Assembly: GCA_018402685.1 (NCBI GenBank)
Contig: JAGYIJ010000003.1
Location: 49,968 to 113,967, forward strand
Reading direction: 5' to 3'
DNA from: Aquiluna sp.
GTDB lineage: Bacteria; Actinomycetota; Actinomycetes; Actinomycetales; Microbacteriaceae
Length of the DNA: 64,000 nt
The notes beneath the pieces are model-generated. The model saw only the letters and a list, made by a program, of their open reading frames with translations, searched no databases and was not told the origin of the DNA. Shown here in pieces: positions 19,544 through 29,869 of the stretch. A program made the translations under genes and the position numbers. Positions within the stretch are counted from its first letter, which is position 1. Every line of letters starts with the position of its first letter.

Positions 19544-21538
19544 TTTTCTCACTGCTAGCCTCGGGGGCTTCGCCTTCGATTGCAGCTGGTTCTGGTTGCG
19601 GCTCTGGCTCTGGCAGTGCCTCGAGCTCTTTAACCTTGCGCTCGGGGACCGCGATTGGGCCCTTGGTGCCAACCGCACGCTTTTGGGACGACCTCCAGGT
19701 GCTGCGCTCAGCAACCTTCTTGACGCCCTTGAAGATGACTGCAATCTCGTCCTGGTTCAGGGTTTCTTTTTCTAGTAGCTCCTTGGCCAACTTGTCCAAA
19801 ATTCGGCGGTTAGTGATCAAGGCCTTGTGAGCCTCGTCCAACGCGCCATCCAAGATGGCACGGACTTCGTTGTCGACGACCTGAGCCATCTCGTTTGAGT
19901 AGTTTGAGTGGGTGGCAAGTTCTCTTCCAAGAAATGGCTCTGCGGTTCCCGAACCAAGCGAGATGGTGCCAACCTTGGCGCTCATGCCGTATTTGGTGAC
20001 CATGGTTCTGGCAATGTTGGTGGCCTTCTCAAAGTCGTTCGAGGCTCCGGTGGTTGGGTCTTTGAAGACAATCTCCTCTGCGATGCGACCACCCATGGCA
20101 TAGGCGATCTGGTCTAGGAGCTGATTACGTGTGATCGAGTAGCGATCTTCCATGGGCATCACCATGGTGTAGCCAAGGGCTCGGCCTCTGGGCAGGATGG
20201 TGATCTTGGTGACCGGGTCCGAGTAGTTCAGCGCTCCCGCAACTAGTGCGTGACCGGCCTCGTGATAGGCGGTGATGAGCCTTTCCTTGTCCTTCATGAT
20301 TGCGGACTTCTTTTGCGGTCCGCCAATCACGCGGTCAATGGCCTCATCGATAATCTCATCGGTGATTGCAGGTCTATTGAGTCTTGCTGCCAAAAGTGCG
20401 GACTCGTTCAGCACGTTTGCCAGATCTGCTCCGGTGAAACCGGGGGTCCTTCTAGCAACCAGGGCCAAGTCGATGTCGTCGGCGATTGGTTTGTTCTTGG
20501 CGTGGACCTTGAGAATCTGCTCGCGGCCCTTCAGATCTGGTGCGTTCACGCCAACCTGACGGTCAAAGCGACCCGGGCGCAATAGCGCAGGGTCTAACAC
20601 GTCTGGGCGGTTGGTGGCTGCAATCAAGATCACGTTGGTGCTGGTGTCAAAACCATCCATCTCAACCAAGAGCTGGTTCAGGGTTTGCTCACGCTCATCG
20701 TTACCGCCACCGATTCCGGTGCCGCGGTGACGACCAACCGCATCGATCTCGTCAACAAAGATGATTGCAGGGGCAGCCTGCTTGGCCTGCTCGAAGAGGT
20801 CTCTAACTCTTGAGGCACCAACTCCGACAAACATCTCCACAAAATCAGACCCGGAGATCGAGAAAAAGGCACGCCGGCTTCGCCGGCTACCGCCTTGGCG
20901 ATCAGAGTCTTGCCGGTTCCCGGAGGCCCATAGAGCAGCACTCCCCTTGGGATCTTGGCTCCCATGTCGACAAACTTCTTGGGGCTTTTGAGAAAGTCTT
21001 TAATCTCGGTGAGCTCTTCGAGAGCCTCTTCAATGCCTGCGACATCCTCAAAGGTTGTCGAAGAGGTCTCCTTGGTGACCATCTTTGCCTTGGACTTACC
21101 AAAGCTCATGACCCCTCTGCCGCCACCACCCATCGAACTCAACAGGAACCAGAACAGCGCCAAAATAATAATCAGTGGCAGAAGTGATCCAAGAATCGCC
21201 AACAGCCACGGGGTCGAGGGAACATCGTCTGTCCAGCCTTCGCTAATTGGCGAGCTGGCAACTATCTCGGCAACGGTGTCGGCCCTGCCAGAGACGAAGT
21301 AGAACTGGACGTATTCACCATTGCTGGAGTTGGCATTAATTAGCTGAACATCGACCCGCTGGTCACCGTCAATGACGGTGACGGACTTGGCCTGGCCGGT
21401 GCGAATGAGGTCGAGGCCCTCCTGGGTGTCGACCCGCTGGTACTGGTTTGTTGAAAGCAGTGAGCTACCGATCAGCACAACCGAGAGCGCAAGCGCAATC
21501 CAGAACCATGGACCCTTGAAAAACTTCTTCAACTTCAT
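19533..21538 (-). CDS. ftsH: ATP-dependent zinc metalloprotease FtsH, reading frame broken by a 1-nt frameshift
   Basis: Two overlapping ORFs (20678-21538 and 19533-20840). The N-part carries the TM segments and Walker A (GPPGTGKT). The C-part starts at [15 protein letters not shown] and contains HEAGH. Adding one T to the T5 run (plus-strand A5 at 20863-20867) restores [17 protein letters not shown]. Confidence 0.9.
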
Positions 21539-21571
21539 AATCTTTGGCTAAGCCTTTTCTCTGATAAGCGT

Positions 21572-22117
21572 TTAACTGTAGACGCTTGGTGCAAGCACTC
21601 CGACACCATCTAGCGAGCGATAACGCTCGTCGTAGTCAAGGCCATAGCCAACAACAAACTCGTTGGGGATATCAAACCCCACCCAACGGACAGCTATTTC
21701 AACCTTGGCAGCCTCTGGCTTTCGCAAAAGCGTCACTATCTCAACAGATGCTGCCCCGCGGGCCTTGAGATTGGCTGTGAGCCAGGAGAGTGTTAGCCCT
21801 GAATCGATGATGTCCTCAACAATCAGAACATCTCTGTCCTTCACGTCGGTGTCCAGATCCTTCAAGATTCGCACCACGCCAGAGGACATCGTTCCTGAGC
21901 CATAAGAGCTCACCGCCATCCAGTCCTGAGTGGTGTGAAGCTCCATTGCCCGAGCCAGGTCTGCCATGAATGGCACTGCACCTTTAAGAACGCCGACTAA
22001 AAGCAGGTTCTTGTCCTTGTAGTGCTCATCGATTTCGCCGGCAATTCCAGCGATTTTCTCGCGGATTTGCTCAGCTGTAACCAGCACTTTTGTAATGTCT
22101 GGGTGATTTAGCTGCAC
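21572..22117 (-). CDS. hpt: Hypoxanthine phosphoribosyltransferase
   Basis: 181 aa. PRPP motif VLIVEDIIDSGLT. Confidence 0.9.
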   Translation of the reverse strand: MQLNHPDITKVLVTAEQIREKIAGIAGEIDEHYKDKNLLLVGVLKGAVPFMADLARAMELHTTQDWMAVSSYGSGTMSSGVVRILKDLDTDVKDRDVLIVEDIIDSGLTLSWLTANLKARGAASVEIVTLLRKPEAAKVEIAVRWVGFDIPNEFVVGYGLDYDERYRSLDGVGVLAPSVYS

Positions 22118-22133
22118 TAGCGCTCCCGGGGTC

Positions 22134-23111
22134 TCAGGATGATTTTTGAAAGAGAAGCTGATCCCTCACCCGCTCTACTGTAATGCCAGAAAGACTCAAG
22201 GGTTTCTGCCCGTGCCAATTGGTAATTAGCTCGGCAATCCCAAGCACCTGAGAGCGTGAAATCGAGCCTGCACCGTGCTCCAAAGACATCATTTGCAACG
22301 CCTTATTTCTCAGTGCCGGATGAGCAGCCTCCAGCACCGAGACGCTATAGCCGTCATCTTTGGCGGCTTGGGCAATCAGCTCTTTGGCCTGAGAGGTCAA
22401 ATAGTCATCGACCTCGGAGGCCAAAGCGGCCGTTTTAGAAAGCGCTTCGCTAACCCCGGGGCCAAGCTCTGATTCGATTCTCTGCATCAGCTTTCTAATC
22501 CGAACCCGGGTGAAGGCATCGTCTTGGTTGTGTGGGTCTTCCCAGAACTCCACCCCGCTATCCAGGCAGGCCTGAGCCAAGTCCGCCTTTTGAATCCCAA
22601 GTAGTGGTCTGACCAAATGACCATCCACCAGCTTCATGCCGGCAATTGATTTCAAACCCGAACCTCGGGTCAGACCTAACAACACTGTCTCGGCCTGATC
22701 ATCGAGGTTGTGGCCGGTGAGAATAAAGTCTGCGGAGAGCTCTGACCGGTATTTTTCTAAAGCTGAATACCTTGCATCCCTTGCCTGAGCCTCTGGTCCC
22801 TTTTGTCCCTTTGGGACATCGATATCGATTACGACAGATTCGATTCCAAGTTCCAACAAACGCTCTTTCGCAGTCGCCGCAATCTCCTTGGAACCCTCTT
22901 GCAAGTTGTGGTTGATTACCGCGGCAAAGACCTTGATGCCAAGCTTTGGCAATTCAAAGCCTGCGGCTAGGGCAAGTGCCATCGAATCGGGGCCGCCCGA
23001 GACTGCCAACAGGACACTCTTGGTGCCTGCCAATTCGGGCGCCTCAAAGGTTTCTCTGATGGCCCTGCGGGCATCGGCAATCGCTGGAGTGAGCCTTGGT
23101 CTCATTGGCAT
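22134..23111 (-). CDS. tilS: tRNA(Ile)-lysidine synthase
   Basis: 325 aa. PP-loop motif AVSGGPDS. Confidence 0.9.
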   Translation of the reverse strand: MPMRPRLTPAIADARRAIRETFEAPELAGTKSVLLAVSGGPDSMALALAAGFELPKLGIKVFAAVINHNLQEGSKEIAATAKERLLELGIESVVIDIDVPKGQKGPEAQARDARYSALEKYRSELSADFILTGHNLDDQAETVLLGLTRGSGLKSIAGMKLVDGHLVRPLLGIQKADLAQACLDSGVEFWEDPHNQDDAFTRVRIRKLMQRIESELGPGVSEALSKTAALASEVDDYLTSQAKELIAQAAKDDGYSVSVLEAAHPALRNKALQMMSLEHGAGSISRSQVLGIAELITNWHGQKPLSLSGITVERVRDQLLFQKSS

Positions 23112-23161
23112 TACTCTCGATTCGGTAATCTTTGATGCAGTAAGCCTATTTAGGAGATGCC

Positions 23162-23641
23162 TTGAGCCACGAAGTAGTTATTGAGATTCCAAAGGGAAGC
23201 CGCAACAAATATGAGGTCGACCACGAAACCGGCAAGGTCTGGCTAGACCGAGTTCTGTTCACCCCGTTTGTCTACCCAGTTGATTACGGTGCCTTTGAGA
23301 ACACCCTTGGTGGCGATGGCGATCCACTAGATGCGTTGGTGATGCTCGAGTACCCCGTCTACCCCGGCACCCACATGAACGTGCGCCCAGTGGGCATGCT
23401 GATCATGGAAGACGATGGTGGTCAGGACGAGAAGCTTCTCTGCGTATTGGCGAAAGACCCCAGGTGGGATCACATCCAGGACATCGACGATGTCCCCGCA
23501 CAGGTCAAGAACGAGATCGAGCACTTCTTCCAGCACTACAAAGACCTGGAGCCTGGCAAGTGGGTAAAGCTTGACGGTTGGAGAAACCGCAGCGAAGCCG
23601 AGAAGGTCCTCGCCGAGTCCTACGCCAACTACAAGGGCTAG
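23162..23641 (+). CDS. ppa: Inorganic pyrophosphatase (family I)
   Basis: 159 aa. [11 protein letters not shown] and DGDPLD motifs. TTG start. Confidence 0.9.
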   Translation: MSHEVVIEIPKGSRNKYEVDHETGKVWLDRVLFTPFVYPVDYGAFENTLGGDGDPLDALVMLEYPVYPGTHMNVRPVGMLIMEDDGGQDEKLLCVLAKDPRWDHIQDIDDVPAQVKNEIEHFFQHYKDLEPGKWVKLDGWRNRSEAEKVLAESYANYKG

Positions 23642-23651
23642 CGAGATCTCG

Positions 23652-24026
23652 ATGGAGTCAGTAGAAAAAGAAATCAGAGCAGCCCTCGAGAACTACTTCG
23701 AGGCCATGCACTCTCAAGATTTGGAGTGCTTCGACTCCGTCTTCCACAAAAACGTCACTCTCTACTCTGCCCAGGGCAATGAGTTAGTGCTCAGGCCCTA
23801 TGCGCTCTACCGGGACCAGGTCGTGAATCGCCAATCACCGAAAGAACTTGGCAACCCAAGGGCAGATGAGGTCTTGATGATTGACGTCATCTCAGAATCA
23901 ATGGCCCTTGCCAAGGTTCAGCTTCAGATGTTTGGCGGCATCATGCAGGACTACCTGAACTTTGTGAAGATCGACGGTCACTGGTGGATCATCGCCAAGC
24001 TCTACGAAAAGGTTGGCGAGTACTAG
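23652..24026 (+). CDS. NTF2-like/SnoaL-like fold protein
   Basis: Start trimmed to MESVEKEIRAALENYFEAMHSQD. The ending ...FVKIDGHWWIIAKLY is typical of NTF2-like proteins. Confidence 0.55.
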   Translation: MESVEKEIRAALENYFEAMHSQDLECFDSVFHKNVTLYSAQGNELVLRPYALYRDQVVNRQSPKELGNPRADEVLMIDVISESMALAKVQLQMFGGIMQDYLNFVKIDGHWWIIAKLYEKVGEY

Positions 24027-25226
24027 TCGGCGGTTGGGCGGCCAGCATATGGCCAGATCTCGCCATAGCGAACCGGAACGATGCGGACGGTCCTAGCTGG
24101 GTTTGGAGCCTCCAGCATCATGCCGTCACCCATGTAAATGGCCACGTGATACTTGTCACCCGAGAAGGCCTTCTCGGTTGACCACCAAATCAGATCTCCG
24201 CGCTGCGCATTCTGCAGTGGCACAAGCTTCTTCTGAGAGGCCATGACGTTGTATTGCGCGGTTGCTGAGTGCCAACCGATGTAGGTTCCAGCTGCAGCGT
24301 AGGCCTTCATTGTGATGCCCGAGCAGTCCCAAACATTTGGTCCCGCTCCGCCCAGGACATACCTCTTCACCAAGCTGCTCTTCAGCAAAGGCGATGGCGA
24401 TCTCAACCTTGGCAAAATCAGGGTCAGAAACGCTGTAGAGCTCGGGGGCGGTTGGAGCGGTCTTGATCAAGTTCTGACGACGCTCTGCCTCGAGGCCCTC
24501 ACGACGTTGACGCTCAAGATCAGAAACGGTGTCTTTCAAAGACGCCAGCTGTTCCATCATCTCGGCCCGTTGAATCTCGGACTCTCGAACCGTGGCGATC
24601 ACCGCATCGGCTGCAGCCTCGGCCTCTTCCAAAAGTCGCTTGGCTTCCTCGCGGCGAACCTCAAGTTCTTCTTGGGCAGCAGCTAGCTCGTTGGCTAGCT
24701 GCTCGGCCTGAGCTTTTTTGTCAAGCGCAGCCTGATAGATGGCATCGGTTCGCTGCGCCAGCATCTCCTGGGTCCCTAAGCGATAGAGCAGATCATCGGC
24801 AGAGTCGGGGTTGAAGAAGATCTCCAGGGTTGGGTCTCCGCTGGTTCCCATTTGATACATCCGGGCAACAATCTGGCCCATCTGACGCTCTGCATCTTCG
24901 GCTTCGACCTGGGCCTCGCCCACTGCCGACTCGAGGCCCTCAACCTTGCCGGCCATTACGTTCACGGCTTCAATCGCTTGGTTGTGGGCTTCGTTTTTTT
25001 GCAGGGCAATGGTTTCTAGTGCACGAGCTTCAGCTTCTAGCTCATCGAGGATGCCCTCGATGCGCTCGATCATCTTTTCTTTTTCCTGAACATCCGCTTT
25101 AGCTGCAGCAACCTCGGCTGCAGTGGGGTAATCAGGGACCGCGTGAGCGGGAGCCAGGATTGCAGTTGTGATGCCAACGGCAAGCGCCGCTAGAACTGCG
25201 GTTAGGCCAAAACGTGCTTTACCCAA
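24023..25226 (-). CDS. Secreted coiled-coil NlpC/P60 peptidoglycan endopeptidase (RipA-like), broken by a 1-nt frameshift
   Basis: The N-part (24156-25226) has a signal peptide and a long coiled coil. The C-part (24023-24415) has YVLGGAGPNVWDCSG...H..IY catalytic motifs. Removing one nt near 24368 gives ...EEQLGKRYVLGGAGP. Confidence 0.8.
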
Positions 25227-25353
25227 GACTCCTCCTAATTCTTAACCCTAAGTCAAACATTCAAGTAATGCCTGAGAGTTCTATTAGTGTTGCGAAACTG
25301 TCCAAATGCCCAGTAGTCTTGTGCGTCGGTAGTAATGAAGTCGCCAGCATCAC

Positions 25354-25426
25354 GGCCCCATCGTTTAGAGGCCTAGGACACCGCCCTTTCACGGCGGCAG
25401 CACGGGTTCGAATCCCGTTGGGGTCA
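25354..25426 (+). tRNA. tRNA-Glu (anticodon TTC)
   Basis: Hand-folded 73 nt: acceptor GGCCCCA/TGGGGTC, anticodon loop CTTTCAC, T-loop TTCGAAT. No encoded CCA. Confidence 0.85.
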
Positions 25427-25453
25427 CAAAGGCGATGTAGTTTGTACCACTCT

Positions 25454-25527
25454 GGCTCCGTAGCGCAGTTGGTTAGCGCGCCGCCCTGTCACGGCGGAGG
25501 TCGCGGGTTCAAGTCCCGTCGGAGTCG
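25454..25527 (+). tRNA. tRNA-Asp (anticodon GTC)
   Basis: Hand-folded 74 nt: acceptor GGCTCCG/CGGAGTC, anticodon loop CTGTCAC, T-loop TTCAAGT. Confidence 0.85.
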
Positions 25528-25570
25528 CTCAGTCCAGATTCTGGATCTGATGGAGAATTTAACCTCTCCA

Positions 25571-25643
25571 GGCTCTGTAGCTCAGTTGGTAGAGCGAACG
25601 ACTGAAAATCGTTAGGTCACCGGATCGACGCCGGTCGGAGCCA
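25571..25643 (+). tRNA. tRNA-Phe (anticodon GAA) with an atypical T-loop
   Basis: Hand-folded 73 nt: acceptor GGCTCTG/CGGAGCC, anticodon loop CTGAAAA, T-arm ACCGG-ATCGACG-CCGGT (A at position 54 instead of T). Confidence 0.8.
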
Positions 25644-25660
25644 CCCATAGGAGGCGGATA

Positions 25661-26518
25661 GTGACCATCATTTTTGGTTTACTATCCGCCTTTTCCTATG
25701 GTTATGCGGATTTCGTAGGCGCTCTTGCCGCCAAGAGAATTCGCGCTGTTGCCGTCACCGCCTACTCCTTTAGCTTTGGCCTTGTTCTCGCGGTTATCCT
25801 CTCGAGCATCTTTGGAGCGAGCTACTCGCAGAGCACCGTAGTTGCCAGCATCCTGGCCGGAGTCTGCTCGGCCATTGCAATCACGTTTTTGTATGCCGCG
25901 CTAGCCCTTGGTCCAATCTCAATCGTTAGCCCGCTGACCGCCGTGGTCTCGGCGGTCATTCCGGTGGTTGTTGATGTCGCCCTGGGTGCAAACCTGAGCG
26001 CGTTTGTCTTGGTGGCCGTTGGGTTGATTTTGGTTGCGGTGGTCTTGGTGGCATTTGTGCCATCGCCAAACCTGCAACTGCCAACCCTGAGGGCAACGCT
26101 TTATTCAATTGGCGCAGGCCTTGGGTTTGCCGGCATCTTCTTGTTTCTAGATTTCACCGACTCAGACTCGGGCCTTGGTCCGCTTTTGATCATGCGCATG
26201 GTTGGCGTCGTTTTGCTCTTTGGGCTGCTTCTTGCCTTCTATAAGAAATCAAGCGGTGAGCCATTCATTGAAAAGGTCACTGACCTCAAACTTGCCGGGC
26301 TGATTCTCTTGGCTTCAACCGGAGACATCATGGGCAATGTTGCCTTCCTGATTGCAACCAGAGCTGGGGACTTGGCGGTTGCCGCAGTGCTGACGTCGCT
26401 ATACCCAGTCGGCACGATCTTGCTAGCGCGAATCTTCCTGAAAGAACGCGTGGCGAAATCCCAATCGCTGGGCATCGTCTTAGCGCTTATTGGCGTCGCG
26501 CTGATTGCCGCTGGCTAG
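25661..26518 (+). CDS. EamA/DMT-family transporter
   Basis: 285 aa, about 10 TM, two-repeat architecture. GTG start. Confidence 0.75.
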   Translation: MTIIFGLLSAFSYGYADFVGALAAKRIRAVAVTAYSFSFGLVLAVILSSIFGASYSQSTVVASILAGVCSAIAITFLYAALALGPISIVSPLTAVVSAVIPVVVDVALGANLSAFVLVAVGLILVAVVLVAFVPSPNLQLPTLRATLYSIGAGLGFAGIFLFLDFTDSDSGLGPLLIMRMVGVVLLFGLLLAFYKKSSGEPFIEKVTDLKLAGLILLASTGDIMGNVAFLIATRAGDLAVAAVLTSLYPVGTILLARIFLKERVAKSQSLGIVLALIGVALIAAG

Positions 26519-27144
26519 CGAAAGGCTTCGTAGGTCATGTAGGCACCTAGACCCATCAGGGCAAAACCACCGCCGGCCCTGACCCCGGCCAGTCTTCCAA
26601 GCGAAGAGGTCAGCCAGTTGCGAGCAGTGCCCGCGGCTATCGCCCAAACCGAATCAGATGCGACCCCAATGATTGAGAACAGCAAACCCATGAACAGCAT
26701 CTGGGTGATTGGCGAAGAGCCAGGCGAGATGAACTGCGGGAAGGCGGCCAAGAAAAAAACGATGGTTTTGGCATTGGTGATGCCCACCACCATTGACTCC
26801 AGCAGAATACGCCGGGTCCTCGGAGGGTTCTCAATCACCGCGGTGTCGAGCTTGGCCTTGCGCTTCAAAACTGCACTTAGACCGAGGTAGATCAAAAACA
26901 GTGCGCCCAGGAGTTTGACGGCAAAGAACAGCTCGGCAGACTGGGCAATGAGTGCGCCGAGCCCAAATGCCACGGCAACTATCTGAAACCCGACCCCGAT
27001 GGCATTTCCAAAAACACTCAGCACCGCAGCCTTACGACCTAAGACCAGTGCCCTGCCGATTGTGTAGACAACCGATGGTCCGGGTATGACAATCACAACC
27101 AGGGCGATCAGCAAAAAGGCTGTGAGGTTGGAAACAGATGGCAC
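26515..27144 (-). CDS. LysE/RhtB-family amino-acid exporter
   Basis: 209 aa. N-terminus FLLIALVVIVIPGPSVVY is typical of LysE translocators. Confidence 0.8.
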   Translation of the reverse strand: MPSVSNLTAFLLIALVVIVIPGPSVVYTIGRALVLGRKAAVLSVFGNAIGVGFQIVAVAFGLGALIAQSAELFFAVKLLGALFLIYLGLSAVLKRKAKLDTAVIENPPRTRRILLESMVVGITNAKTIVFFLAAFPQFISPGSSPITQMLFMGLLFSIIGVASDSVWAIAAGTARNWLTSSLGRLAGVRAGGGFALMGLGAYMTYEAFR

Positions 27145-27212
27145 CTGAGAAAGGTTAGACCTATCTCGCTCACTAAACTTCGAGCCTCACCTAAAAAAGA
27201 ACGAGCACCCCT

Positions 27213-28843
27213 TTGCAAAGTCCGAACCGCTGGATCTCCCTGGTCTTTATTTCGATGGCCATCTCGCTTGTCATCATCGATGGCACCATCGTCAACACCA
27301 TCTTCCCCGAACTGATTCGTGAGTTGAACCTAAGTTCGACCGAGGTGCAGTGGGTCCAAGAAAGCTACATCCTCGTCTTCGCATCGCTTTTGTTGGTTTG
27401 GGGCTCGCTTGCCGACCGAGTTGGTCGCAAGCGACTGCTCTTGATCGGTGTTGTGATATTTATCCTGGCCTCTGTCTGGGCAGGGCTTACTGACTCCGCC
27501 GCAGAGCTGATTGCAGCCAGGGTCATTCAGGGTGTTGGTGGAGCGATGGTGCTCCCAACCACCTTGTCGTTGGTGAACGCAAACTTCCAAGGCAGAGAGC
27601 GCGGCATTGCCTTTGCGGTTTGGGGAGCAACAATTGGCGGCATGGTCGCGGTTGGGCCAGTCCTTGGTGGCTGGTTGGCAACCGACTTCTCTTGGCGCTG
27701 GGCGTTCATGATTAACCTGCCATTGGGAATCCTGATATTGGCAGGTCTCTGGATCTTTGTTTTGGAGTCCAAGTCTCCGCAACGAGCCGGTGGCATTGAC
27801 ATAGTTGGTGCGGTGCTCTCGGTGATCATGTTCGCAACCTTGGTGTTTGGTCTTATCGAGGGCCGCATCTATGGCTGGTGGGAAGTGAACCCAAATAGGC
27901 AGTTTGAGCTCTTTGGTCTTGTTTGGCCTGAGACTGGGTTGTCTCCGATTCCGATTGCGCTGGCAATCTCCGTTAGTGACAACGGTGCTGTTTGTGATTT
28001 GGGAAAACAAGCGCGAGAAGGAGCAGAAGAACGTTCTGCTTGATCTGAACCTATTTCAGAATTGCCTCGTTTAGAAACGGTTCGATTGCCGCGCTGATTA
28101 TTTCCATGGGTGAATTCGGCATCTTGTTTGCCATTCCACTTTGGTTACAGAACGTTCTCGGCCTAAGTCCGATCAGCTCGGGTCTAGTGCTGCTCTGGCT
28201 CGCGGGTGGTGCATTCATGGCATCGGGTATTGGTGGAGCACTAAGTGGCAAGCTGCCTCCGGCAAGGGCTGTGCAACTCGGTGTGCTACTCGAACTAGTG
28301 GGTGTTTTGGGCATTGGCCTGGTGGCATCTCAAGAAAATGGCTGGGTCTGGATCGCACCGTTCTTGCTGATCTACGGAATCGGTATTGGTCTTGCAACCG
28401 CACAGCTCACCGGTGTGATCATGGTCGATGTTCCGATGGAGAAAAACGGCCAGGGTTCCGGCTCCCAATCAACCGTTCGCCAGGTTGGATCCGCCCTCGG
28501 TATTGCGGTTTTGGGAACAGTGCTCTTCACCGGAACGCAAGTGTCCTTGGAGCAAAGACTCGATGAGCTAGCGGTGCCAGCATCACAGATTGTCATCGTC
28601 ACCGATGCGGTTGTGGACTCGGCTGGTTCTGCAATTCCCGGTCTTGAAGCTGGGTTGATTGCCAACCAGGTTGAACCAGCACTTGCTGCAGAAATTAAGC
28701 TTGCCGCCGGCGATGCCTTTACCGATGGCGCAAAGTGGTCGGCCTGGGCTGCTGCTGGATTCTTGCTGTTGGGTTTTGCCTCAACGTTTAATCTGGGCAG
28801 TCGAAAAGAGTCTGAGTCAATAGAGCAATCCAAACCCAAGTAG
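27213..28843 (+). CDS. MFS transporter (DHA2/EmrB-QacA-like, 14-TM type), broken by two 1-nt frameshifts
   Basis: ORFs 27213-28043 and 28106-28843, plus a bridging frame that reads ...VTTVLFVIWENKREKEQKNVLLDLNLFQN then ASFRNGSIAALIISMGEFG. Extra bases near 27975 and 28063. GSLADRVGRKR motif. Confidence 0.8.
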
Positions 28844-28852
28844 TCTGTTCAG

Positions 28853-29233
28853 GTGTCCACCAACTGGAGAATGGTCGGGTATGTGTTTGTGGGCGGCGCC
28901 CTCGGAACCATGCTCCGCTATCTGATTTCTGAGCTCATCACTCTCAATATCGACTACCCAAGTGGTGAGTTGGTTGCTATCACTGTTGTGAATATGCTGG
29001 GCGCATATTTGCTCGGCCTTGCCGCAAAGCTTCCATACTTCCAGTCCTTTTTCTGCAAAAACGTCTGGGCCCACGGCTTCGCCGGGGGCTTTACGACCAT
29101 GAGTGCCGTGACGCTGTTTATTGACTCTCAGGGGCTGAGCTGGGAGATTGCGGCCATGATGTTCTTTGGGGTTTTGGCCTACGGCATTGGTTATCGCCAG
29201 GGTCGCATCGCTGCAAAAGAGGCAAAGGTTTGA
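28853..29233 (+). CDS. crcB: Fluoride channel CrcB/FluC subunit
   Basis: 126 aa, 4 TM. GGALGTMLRY and GFAGGFTTMS motifs. Confidence 0.85.
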   Translation: MSTNWRMVGYVFVGGALGTMLRYLISELITLNIDYPSGELVAITVVNMLGAYLLGLAAKLPYFQSFFCKNVWAHGFAGGFTTMSAVTLFIDSQGLSWEIAAMMFFGVLAYGIGYRQGRIAAKEAKV

Positions 29234-29580
29234 TCTCCAACCCCGTCTTACTCGCGCTGCTAATTGCAGCTGCGGGAGGTGTTGGTTCGGTCATCAGGGT
29301 TTATCTAACCCGCTGGGAGGGGCCAATTCCCTTTGGGGTGATTCTCACCAACACCATTGCGGCTGGGTTTGTGGGATACATCTACTCGGGGAATCTCACT
29401 CAGGATTACCTACTTATTGCCAGCGTGGGTTTTGCTGGAGGTCTTTCAACCTTCTCTGGTATTGCAAAGGCTGGCTTTGATTTTTGGCACACCGGTCGCC
29501 TCGCTCAGATCTTTATCTCACTGGCTGCGAACATAGTGGTTCCGCTGCTGGCTCTGATGTTGGTCATGTATTGGTTCTAG
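29230..29580 (+). CDS. crcB: Fluoride channel CrcB/FluC subunit (second paralog of a heterodimer pair)
   Basis: 116 aa. GGVGSVIRV and GFAGGLSTFS motifs. 4-nt overlap with the first crcB. Confidence 0.85.
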   Translation: MISNPVLLALLIAAAGGVGSVIRVYLTRWEGPIPFGVILTNTIAAGFVGYIYSGNLTQDYLLIASVGFAGGLSTFSGIAKAGFDFWHTGRLAQIFISLAANIVVPLLALMLVMYWF

Positions 29581-29665
29581 CGCTGGTATTATTTCTCTCC
29601 AAGGTTTAATCAGGTTTCTCGATCGCGAAAGCAATCGAAACGTACAGAGAATGAGGGGGCTCGCC

Positions 29666-29869
29666 ATGGGGCGTGGCCGTCAAAAAGCTAAGAACACCAA
29701 AGTTGCCAGAGAACTCAAGTACTTCTCCCCGGCCACTGACTACAACGCGCTCGAGGCAGAGCTTGCGACTAACTCCCCCGAACCTGACTACGAGGACAAG
29801 TGGGCCGATCTCTACGAAGACGAGCCCGCTGTGGACGAAGAGCGTCCAGTCGAGCTAGAGGAAAACTAA
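29666..29869 (+). CDS. DUF3073 protein (conserved actinobacterial small acidic protein)
   Basis: Start trimmed to MGRGRQKAKNTKVARELKYFSP, followed by an acidic tail. Confidence 0.7.
   Translation: MGRGRQKAKNTKVARELKYFSPATDYNALEAELATNSPEPDYEDKWADLYEDEPAVDEERPVELEEN

Noticed and set aside
18153-19744. Long N-terminal extensions of the folB, folP and folE ORFs in the track (also the CPBP protease, ALDH, hutI and the NTF2-like protein)
   Set aside because: The extensions overlap the upstream gene, are Arg/Ser/Pro-rich, and precede the point where conserved family sequence begins. Internal starts give tight 1-11-nt gene junctions.
20830-20900. Programmed ribosomal frameshift in ftsH
   Set aside because: There is no recognisable slippery heptamer plus downstream structure. 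At least 16 other 1-nt indels in unrelated genes make error or decay a simpler explanation.
28844-28852. Fluoride riboswitch expected upstream of crcB
   Set aside because: Only 9 nt separate the MFS stop from the crcB start, which leaves no room for the element. The crcB pair is probably co-transcribed with the transporter.
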